64,000 nucleotides of DNA from NCBI RefSeq assembly GCF_009914755.1, contig NC_060932.1; one strand, given 5' to 3'. Shown here in pieces: positions 53,870 through 64,000 of this stretch. Position numbers and translations under genes: made by a program. The notes beneath the pieces were generated by a model. The model was not told the origin of the DNA. It ran no database searches and worked only from the letters and a program-made list of their open reading frames with translations. Position 1 is the stretch's first letter, and each line of letters starts with the position of its first letter. Source of the stretch: the human T2T-CHM13v2.0 reference genome, Homo sapiens.

Positions 53870-54979
53870 ATGGACCCCTGCAAAGTGAACGAGCTTCGGG
53901 CCTTTGTGAAAATGTGTAAGCAGGATCCGAGCATTCTGCACACCGAGGAAATGCGCTTCCTGAGGGAGTGGGTGGAGAGCATGGGAGGTAAAGTACCACC
54001 TGCTACTCAGAAAGCTAAATCAGAAGAAAATACCGAGGAAGAAAAACCTGATAGTAAGAAGGTGGAGGAAGACTTAAAGGCAGACGAACCATCAAGTGAG
54101 GAAAGTGATCTAGAAATTGATAAAGAAGGTGTGATTGAACCAGACACTGATGCTCCTCAAGAAATGGGAGATGAAAATGCGGAGATAACGGAGGAGATGA
54201 TGGATCAGGCAAATGATAAAAAAGTGGCTGCTATTGAAGCCCTAAATGATGGTGAACTCCAGAAAGCCATTGAGTTATTGACAGACGCCATCAAGCTGAA
54301 TCCTCGCTTGGCCATTTTGTATGCCAAGAGGGCCAGTGTCTTCGTCAAATTACAGAAGCCAAATGCTGCCACCCAAGACTGTGACAGAGCCATTGAAATA
54401 AATCCTGATTCAGCTCAGCCTCACAAGTGGCGGGGGAAAGCACACAGACTTCTAGGCCACTGGGGAGAAGCAGACCATGATCTTGCCCTTGCCTGTAAAT
54501 TGGATTATGATGAAGATGCTAGTGCAATGCTGAAAGAAGTTCAACATAGGGCACAGAAAATTGCAGAACATCGGAGAAAGTATGAGCGAAAACATGAAGA
54601 GCGAGAGATCAAAGAAAGAGTAGAACGAGTTAAGAAGGCTCGAAAAGAGCATGAGAGAGCCCAGAGGGAGGAAGAAGCCAGACGACAGTCAGGAGCTCAG
54701 TATGGCTCTTTTCCAGGTGGCTTTCCTGGGGGAATGCCTGGTAATTTTCCCAGAGGAATGCCTGGAATGGGAGGGGGCATGTCTGGAATGGCTGGAATGC
54801 CTGGATTCAATGAAATTCTTAGTGATCCAGAGGTTCTTGCAGCCATGCAGGATCCAGAAGTTATGGTGGCCTTCCAGGATGTGGCTCAGAACCCAGCAAA
54901 TGTGTCAAAATACCAGAGCAACCCAAAGGTTATGAATCTCATCAGTAAATTGTCAGCCAAATTTGGAGGTCAAGTGTAA
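53870..54979 (+). CDS. ST13: Intact 369-aa ORF of the ST13 retrocopy (dimerisation domain, 3 TPRs, charged region, GGMP repeats, DP/STI1 domain); translation unproven
   Basis: Full-length ORF, strong Kozak ACCATGG, about 19 substitutions versus recalled human ST13, no frameshift or premature stop. Confidence 0.6.
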
Positions 54980-55685
54980 TGCCCTTCTGATAAATAAAGC
55001 CCTTGCTGAAGGAAAAGCAACCTAGATCACCTTATGGATGTCACAATAATACAAACCAATGTACCTTCTCATCAAGAGAGCTGGGGTGCTTTAAGATAAT
55101 CCCTACCCCTCTCCCCCAAATACAGCTGAAGCATTTTACAGTTTGCCATTAGGTTTGCCATTAGGGTATTCATTCAGATAATGTTTTACTACTAGGAATT
55201 ACAAACTTTAAACACTTTTTAAAACAAATGTAAAGGGTCTGTTAATTCTTATATTTTTCTTTACTAATCATTTTGGATTTTTTTTCTTTGAATTATTGGG
55301 CAGGGAATATACTTATGTATGGAAGATTACTGCTCTAATTTGAGTGAAAGTTATTAGCGTGAGGCAAACATAACTCATTTGAGGATAAAAAAAAGAAGAA
55401 TTTTGTTTAAAGAGTTATTCTCCCTCACTTGTGGGCCAGTTTGGTGGGATATAAGTCAGGATGGGATACACACCCCTGGATGAGCTGTCGGTGTTTGGCC
55501 AAAGCCAGGCCCTTTACACTATCTTACCAGACTTTGAATCTCTGGCAGAAATATATGAGATGGAGGAATGAACAGAGGTCATTTGTTCCAGTGATTGGCC
55601 CCATGGTCATCTGAATACAGCCCCCAAAGATATCCATGTTTCTAATCCCTGGAACCTGTAAATATGTTACTTTACATGGCAAAAA

Positions 55686-55996
55686 GCCGGGCGCGGTGGT
55701 TCATGCCTGTAATCCCAGCACTTTGGGAGACTGAGGTGGGTGGATCATGAGGTCAGGTGTTTGGGACCAGCCTGACCAACATGGTGAAACCCTGTCTCTA
55801 CCAAAAATACAAAAATTAGTCAGGCGTGGTGGTCCACACCTGTAATCCCAGCTATTCAGGAGGTTGAAGCGGGAGAATCACTTGAACCTCGGAGGCAGAG
55901 GTTGTAGTGAGCCAAGATCATGCCACTGTGCTACAGCCTGGGTGACAGAGCGAGACTCCATCTCAAAAAAAAAATAAATAAATAAAAATAAATAAA
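55686..55996 (+). mobile_element. Alu (S-type)
   Basis: GCCGGGCGCGGTGG start, dimer, A/(TAAA)n tail. Confidence 0.95.
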
Positions 55997-56042
55997 CAGC
56001 AAAAAATTTTTGCAGATGTTATTAGGTTAAGATTTGAGGTGA

Positions 56043-56398
56043 TGTATTAGTCCATTTGGGCTGCTATAACAAAATACCTGATACCAGGTAACTGATAAAC
56101 AGCATAAATGTATTTCTCACAGTTCTGGAGGCTGGAAAGTCCAAGATCAAGGCTCCAGCACATTCAGTGTCTGGAGAGGGTCTGCTTTCTGATTCATAGA
56201 TGGCAACTTCTAGCTGTCTCCTCACATGGTGTAAGGAGCAAACAGGTTGCTCAAGCCTCTTTTATGAATCCCATCCATGAAGATGGAGCCCTCATGATCT
56301 AATCACCTCCCAGAGGCTGCACCTCTTACTACCACCACTGTACGGAGTAGGTTTCAACACATGGGTTTTGGGGGAACAAAATCATTCAGACTATAGCA
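56043..56398 (-). mobile_element. MLT1A/MSTD-type solo LTR nested in MLT1D
   Basis: TGTATTAGTCCATTTGGGCTGCTATAACAAAATACC...CAGACTATAGCA; TSD GGTGA/GTTGA. Confidence 0.87.
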
Positions 56399-57132
56399 GT
56401 TGAGGAAATTATATGGATTGACCTGGTAGACTAATATAATTACAAGGGTCCTTAGGAGAGGGAGGCAGGAGGATCACAGTCAGAACTAGAAGAAGGTGAT
56501 GTGATGATGGAAGCAAGGGCGAAAAGGGCATTTGATATGGGGGCCATGAGCCAAAGAATGTGGCAACCTCTAGAAGCTGGAAAAGGCAGAAAATAGATTC
56601 TCCCGTGGAGCCCTCAAAAGGAAAGCAAACCTGCTGACAACTGGATTTTAGACTTCAGACCTGAAGAATTATCGGTGAACAAATTTGTGTTACTTCAAGC
56701 CACCAAATTTGCAGTAATTATTACAACAGCAAGGGGAATCTAATGTAGGCCCTGATGAGACATCGGCACTGAAGCCCTGGAGCTCCTGATTCCAGCCTTT
56801 TCCTGAGCCTGCCTGTCCGGCCTTCTCTTTGATTCTGCAAGATTCCTGATATTGCATTTTGCCCATGCTCCACTGAAGAGCTGCTCTACTGTACTTTCCC
56901 CAGCGGAGCATGTTCTCCACCCTGTGTGGTGCTGTTTGCTCCACATGGTTGCTCCTTTGGTTGTTTATTTCACATTTAGGTTGGCAGTTCTGACTCATAA
57001 TAGCTGATAAGGCATGTGTTGATGATGTTTGTTTGGACTTGTTGCAAACACTCAGAGGAAGAATATTATGCTGGATGTAACAAATGCAAGTTTTCAGGTT
57101 CCTTAAGCTGCCTTTAAGAAAATGTTAGAGAA

Positions 57133-57451
<319 letters not shown>

Positions 57452-57771
57452 AAATGTTAGAGAAAATACAGGAGAAAGATGAGCAGAGCCTGGAATCCTC
57501 CTGAGAAAGTTGGCCACAGTTGTATGCATCATGGTAGTTCATAGATCATAGAGGCCACCCCATTTATGACTTCAGGGTTGGAAGAGAGCAGAACGTGTGT
57601 GATACAGAGAGCTCATGCAAAGACCGCTCCCTTTAGCTTTGATTTTGTTACTGCTTTCATTTCCACGAAAGCATTCTTAGTGCTAATGGTCTGAGCCTTC
57701 AGTTATTTATTTAACTCAGATATCTCTGGAAATCATGTTTTCCTGTCTTCACCCATCACCATCTTCATTTT

Positions 57772-58081
57772 GTTGTTGTTGTTCTGTTGTTGTTGAGGCA
57801 GTCTTGCTCTGTCACCCAGGATGGAGTGCAGTAGTGCAATTACAGCTCACTAGAGCCTCCACCTCCTAGTCTCAAGTGATCCTCCCACCTCAGCCTCCTG
57901 AGTAGCTAGGACTACAGGCATGTGCCACCATGCCTGGCTAATTTTAATTTTTTTTTTTTGTAGAGATGGGGTCTTCCTATGTTGCCTAGGCTGGTATCAA
58001 ACTCCTGGGCTCAAGCAATCCTCCCACTTCAGCCTCCCAAAGTGCTAGGAATACAACAGGCATGAGCCACCACACCCAGCC
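57772..58081 (-). mobile_element. Alu (J-type)
   Basis: (TTG)n tail, J-like CTCAAGTGATCCTCCCACCTCAGCC, degenerate TSD accatcttcatttt/accatctttacatttt. Confidence 0.93.
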
Positions 58082-58739
58082 ACCATCTTTACATTTTACC
58101 TGTACCCTTCTCTGTTGGCCTCCAGACTCTTCTCCTCTGGAACAGGAGTGATCTAAAAAGCTAGGCTGCTGAACATTAACTCTCCCCTGCTTTACATTCA
58201 TGAAAGCTTTCTATTGATCTCAGGCTAAACGTTCAGCCTTTAAGCATGACTGACCAGGCCTTCCCAGCTCCATCCATGCCCTTTCCCACAATGGGCCCAT
58301 GACATCCCCTCTTATTCCAGCCACGTGAGATGTCTCTAGCTCCTGATCCACTTTGGATTTCCTGTCCTCCAACCCTTTCCTCTGCCCACCATGCCAAGCC
58401 CATGAAGATGATAGAGAGCAATGGTTACATGGGCACGCGTTAATGGTCATAATCCCAGTTCTTCCATCTCCTAGCAGTGTGGTCTTGGACACATGACTTA
58501 ACCTCACTGGGCCTTTGTTTCATCATTGCTCTGATGAGGAAAATAATATACCTCCTTCTTAAGGGCAGGGGTAAGTTTAAATGAATTTTTATAGGTAGGG
58601 CTTAGAACAGTGCCTGGTATGTGTTATATGATATTCTAGTTGCTATCTCATTTCTTTAGCTAAGAAAATATTTTCTGGTATTTCAAAACTCCATTCAAAT
58701 GTTAATTCTTCCATGGAAACTTCTTTGAATTCTGCTATT

Positions 58740-59100
58740 TCACCTTCTGTTCTGCCAATGTTTGCTTCATATATCTAGAATCGCTCATGTTTGGTACACA
58801 AATATTTATAATTGTTATGTCTTACTGCTGAATTGACCCCATTATCACTATATAATGTCTTTCTTTTTTTCTCCTGTGTCAATATTTGATTTAATGTCTG
58901 TTTTGTCTGATATTAGTAAACTATCCCTACTCTCTTTGGGTTACAATTTGCATAAAATATATTTCTCTATCCTTTTACTTTCAGCCTATGTGTGTCCTTA
59001 AGAGCTTAAGTGAGTCTCTTATAGGCAGCATATTATTAGATCCTATTCTAAAAATATCTGTTCGGTCCATCTATGTCTTTTGGTTAGGGAGTTTAATCTA
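58740..59100 (-). mobile_element. Old L1M ORF2 (5' region) fragment
   Basis: atatttataattgttatgtctt...gaattgaccccattatcactatataatgtc...ttactttcagcctatgtgtgtcctt...gagtctcttataggcagcata. Confidence 0.75.
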
Positions 59101-60149
59101 TGTGGAACCTTCTTTAACCATCCCTTTCACTGTGAGAGCTCTTGGTGCCCTCAGAGCCTGCACATCTCCCAGCATGGCACTTGAGCTACTAGACTGTTGT
59201 ATTTGTTTAATCTCAATATTTCATTTAAGTCTGTGGCTCTTTGAGAACAGGAATTTTGCCATTTCTCCAGCCACTTAGTATAGTGCCTGGCATTTAGCAG
59301 CCACTCCATGCATTTTATTAAACAAACACTATAGATGAGAATAATAGTAGCTAATATTTATTGAACACTTGGACTAGGTGCAGTGTGCAGCTCTTTACTT
59401 ACATTATTTATTTCAATTCTTACCACAAACTTACAAAATAGAGACTATGATTATCTCTATTTTACACATAAGGAAACTCAAGTTCAAAGGAGTAAAGGGA
59501 ATTTTGAAATTTACCCAAATGGAAAATAGCAGACCAGGATTCAAGTCCAGGTCAGCCAATTCCAAGCCTGAGTTTTTAACCCACCTCACCTTTGCATCAG
59601 TTAGCATTAGGGGTTGCTGCATGTAACAGAAAACCCCAAGTTGTAGTTTCCTAGACAGGAGGAAAGTTATTTCTCTCTTATGCAAATGAAGCCCAGAGGA
59701 ATGCAGCCCAGGCTGGCCTGGCCACACAGCAGTTTCACCAGGAGCCCAAGTTTCTGTTTTCTGTGTGCCTCCCTCAGTATATAGCTTCTGTCTTCGAGGT
59801 GTCATGGCCCAAGATGGCCTATATAGCTTATATAGCTCCAGTGAAACATGTATTAGGCACTGTTCTAAGCCCTACTGATAACATCCACATTCCACATCAA
59901 CGACAGGGTGGGGCAGGTGAGAAGGGGCACTCTTTCCCTTCAAGGTAAATTGCTGGAAGTTTTATGCACAATTTTTATTGCTGTATAAGAAATTACCAAA
60001 ACCTAACAACTTAACATGCCTGTATTACATCAGGTTCTGTGAGTTAGGAGTCTAGGCATGGCCTAGCTGGGCTCTCTACTTCAGGTTCTCATGAAGCTGA
60101 AATCCAGGTGACTTTGGCTGTGTTCTCATCAGAGGCTCAACTGGGGAAG

Positions 60150-61352
60150 CGCCTAGCATAATAATAGACTAGTAAGAAATCCACTCCTTTAAAACAGCAA
60201 GGATGCAAGCTTTTGCCTATCATACTAAGTTTACATTTATGTATGCCTGCTGCATTAGCACATCTCAACACACCTATTCTGTCTTTGGCATCCTTAATTT
60301 TTGTAGAGGCTGTCTCATCAGTTATAGTCAATATTTTTCTGGGCAATAACACAAAAACCAGGATGTTTCTTCAGTATATTCTTCTTCACAGACTTGTTCT
60401 GGCATCAGGTTTTTATTGGAAATGGCCTTGGCAAACTCATCAATTAATTTCTCTGTTGCTTCATCATCAGCAGATGCTTTATCATTACAAATCATTAAAA
60501 ATTTAATGTCATGTCTTTTCTCCAAATTCTGCAACCATTTTGTTGAATTATCACAGTTTCCTTCGATTTGCAGTTCACTGGGATTGATGTTTGCTTGTTT
60601 CACGATCACCATACTATTAAGTGGCATGTGTTCACTGCAATGCTGAGAGATCCACTTTTTTCAAAACATAACTGAGACCTTCATTTTCAGCTTGATGCTA
60701 AAAATTTAGTGTTTTTCTATTTTTTTAATGTATGTTCATCATTTTCAGCATAGAACTTTAATGACTTATCATCTTGTTTCTTCAGGTTCTATATGGTGGA
60801 CATTACAACACTACAGTCTTCTATAAGACGTTTCACACTTACACCATTGTCTAGTTTCTCCAACAGCTTTGACTTTCTGTGCTATAAGCATAAATGCTTT
60901 CTCTTTTTCTTATCATTCTTATCCATAGGGGTATCTGGAGGCCTTGTTGACATTTTCATCAATGTCTTTACACTACAGAGCAGAAAATAAGCAAATAAAC
61001 CATGAGTAATGCATGATGGTCTTGGCCCCATGTGGTGCATCATGGAGAATCTGCTGCTGGTGCCTCCAGCCTGCACACATGTCAGGTAATTATCCTTTGT
61101 GTGCTTGCTTACATGAGAAAATCTGGGCATACTCAGAAAAGATACATCATGGCTAAACAGGGCTGGGAGGATCTTTTTTCCCTTGGGGACACTGAAGAAA
61201 CTATGTGTTGTGTGCCTGAGTTTTGACTGTGACCCATCATATGAGGTCAAGTGTAGCATTTTTTAATTTGTGGCATCATATTGACACTCAAAATGTTTTG
61301 GATTTTGGAGCATTTCCAATTTTGGATTTTCAGGTTAGGGATGTTCAACCTG
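60150..61352 (-). mobile_element. Tigger4 (Zombi)-like TcMar-Tigger DNA transposon, partial, with decayed transposase
   Basis: Terminal GGGATGTTCAACCTG followed by TA; minus-strand ORF fragments KDRIGVLRCANAAGIHKCKLSMIGKS..P.CFKG and STKWLQNLEKRHDIK resemble pogo/Tigger DDE and CENP-B-type HTH regions. Confidence 0.85.
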
Positions 61353-61789
61353 TATAACAGCAACAACAAAGATGCATTAGGTTAAAAAAATAGGGCAGAG
61401 AACTGTATGTACAAAATGACCTCAATCATGTAAAACATATGTGCAATAAAAATAATATGAAAGATAAATTACAAAAATAATTACAATGTTTATATTTGGC
61501 TGATGAGATTCCAGGTGCATTTTCTTCCTTCTTTGCATATTTTTATGTTTCCTATATTTTACCTAATTGGCAAGGATTACTTCTAGTGTCATAAAAATGG
61601 AGGAGAAAGACAGACATCCACTTGCACTGACGGGGAACTGCATGAGTGGGACATGGTTGCAGTGGCAGCTGGCTTCAGGGCTCCCTCTGTCAAGCTGAAA
61701 AATGAGCATTCCTCCCAGAAAACCATCACCTAGCAAGGGGGGAGGGTCTCTGAGCCCATTAGGCTAGAGTTACTCTTCCCATTGCATCC

Positions 61790-62330
61790 AAAATGATCAG
61801 AAGTGGAAGAGTTGTTTTGAGGCTGGGACAGGATGATATGCAATCCATCAGGGCCCATATGATGTTCACCCATAGGCAACAGCAACCTAGGAAAAATTCT
61901 CTGCATCCTGCCTGCAGCTGATGCTGTCAATGTCCTGTCTAGATGCCCTCAGCGGCCTGTTGCTTCCTTCCCAAAGCACCTGCATGTATGTCTGAGCAGA
62001 AGCTTGCTCGTCCTGTGCAGAGAGCAGACCAGAGGAGCCCTGGAGTCCAGGAGCAGCCCGTAGACAATGACAGATAGGATTTGGTGGATACACGTCCAGC
62101 TCTTTCACCCACCAGTGCTGAGTCAAGCTCTCTGCTGTCTCCCAGAGACACCCAATAGGACTGAGCCATGGTGCTCACAGTTGTGACTGCTCGTTGGTGC
62201 ATTCTGCATCGGCGTTCTCTTCCCTGCCTCACTTTCTTGCTCCTGGTGCTTCCTGAGATCATTTCCTGAGTAAACTATGGCCACATATCCCTGTGTTAGA
62301 GTCTGATTCTTGGGTAGCTCAACCTAAGAT
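61790..62330 (+). mobile_element. ERVL LTR16-like element (approximate)
   Basis: 3' end agtaaactatggcc...ccctgtgttagagtctgattcttggg...caacctaagat resembles ERVL LTR ends. Confidence 0.45.
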
Positions 62331-63087
62331 TTCACACCTCTCGCTGGCTCTGCTGCAGCCTCGTAAACATTCTTAGCTCCTCATATATCTTACCCCAGGG
62401 ACACAGGAAAGGCAACTGTCAGCATAGGACATAGAGGTGGAGAGAACGCCAGAAATAGGCTAATGATGAACACTGAGTTCATTCAAATGTTGAAGTAGTT
62501 CAAAACAAACGTGAGACTCATGGCTCGGAAACAGACTGCAAGTAATTTTAAAAATCACTAATAAAAAGTACAATAACTAGGTGATGGAAACAGAGGAATA
62601 TTATAAACATAGGTAGGGGCACAGGCTTTCTCATTTTACGTAGTGCGAACTTAATGCCACTGCTTGACATTGGAGCATGTAGCCAAAATCAAGAAAAGAA
62701 AAAAGAAATGCAACCTCAATGTTTTTCCTATTGACATATATTTTTAGTAGAAAAAATATTCAGAAAATAGCATCTTTTGCTGTACAAATTTTTATCAAGT
62801 TCCGCATTCTCTTGAATTTCATTGATATTTCCTTTTCTTCATTTTAATTTAAAATTTGAAGGGATACTCTAGTGATCTAGAGTATCTCATTTTTGTCAAA
62901 GTACTTCTATTATTAATTCAACGCCTATGTATTCGGCACCTCCTCTGTGCCGTGTGCTGTTCTAGATGCTGGAGATGCCTCAGGGAAGAAGGCAGACAGC
63001 CGTTCTCTCTCCAGGCGCTCTTGCTGTGGGGTCTCCGGGGTAGGAAAGACTTGCGGTCCATTCATAAACTGTATGCGATGATGTTTA

Positions 63088-63660
<573 letters not shown>

Positions 63661-64000
63661 CTATGTTGCTGGAATAGAGCCATAGAGGCAGGGCCCAGTG
63701 TGTTCCCCAGTGTTTCCCTCCCTGAGAGAGCCCCCTTCCTTCTGGAGATGCCTCTCCTGCATTCCTCACTGACTCGTAAAGTGTCCCCCTGCCCCTCCCC
63801 TTGGCCAGGTACCCACCACATCAATGTCTTTCTGTATCTGGAACCCTTAATGCTCACTGCTGGTTTCAGCCTGTCTGCTTCCTTGCAGTGTCTCGCTTGC
63901 CTAGAGAGGGCAGATTGACCATGACATTTGCATAAGAAGGACACGTGGACTGGGTGGTCCAGAGAAGCCCAATCCTCCAGCACTGGGGTGGTCTGTGGTC

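Larger units (their letters stand above)
53444..55395 (+). pseudogene. ST13: ST13 (Hsp70-interacting protein, Hip/FAM10A) processed retrocopy, full insertion; symbol given is the parent gene
   Basis: Intronless ST13 CDS plus 5' leader and 3'UTR, A8 remnant at 55387-55394, perfect 14-bp TSD AAGAATTTTGTTTA at 53430-53443 and 55396-55409. Confidence 0.95.
55600..56745 (+). mobile_element. MLT1D-type MaLR LTR interrupted by an Alu and a second MaLR LTR
   Basis: cccccaaagatatccatgtttctaatccctggaacctgt...ttacatggcaaaa...ctctagaagctggaaaaggca...ttattacaacagcaagggga. Confidence 0.8.

Noticed and set aside
53870-54979. Calling this the functional parental ST13 gene, or assigning a specific ST13P number
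   Set aside because: Intronless with TSD and A remnant, so it is a retrocopy; the paralogue number cannot be established without mapping.

Overview
Primate DNA, almost certainly human (it carries an AluYb-lineage element). It is intergenic or intronic and dominated by interspersed repeats: 15 Alus, MaLR/ERV1/ERVL solo LTRs, L1, L2, MIR, hAT MERs and a Tigger4. I recognise no spliced protein-coding exon. Two L1-mediated retrocopies are present. The first is an ST13 (Hsp70-interacting protein, Hip) copy at 53444-55395 (+) with an uninterrupted 369-codon ORF and a 14-bp TSD. Inside the TSD it carries a ~425-nt upstream leader with a perfect heat-shock element, so it may have brought part of the parental promoter with it. 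The second is an old, frameshifted DPPA3/STELLA copy at 37551-38760 (-) that the ORF track shows only in fragments. Also notable are a dense HRE/E-box plus ARE motif cluster at ~21.5 kb, a young AluYb with perfect TSD, nested TE stacks, close inverted Alu pairs and a ~0.9-kb minisatellite apparently grown out of an L2. The sequence alone does not demonstrate a new biological system; the best candidate is a heat-shock-inducible ST13 retrogene. Repeat subfamily names and comparisons to parental proteins come from recalled consensus sequences, not from searches.
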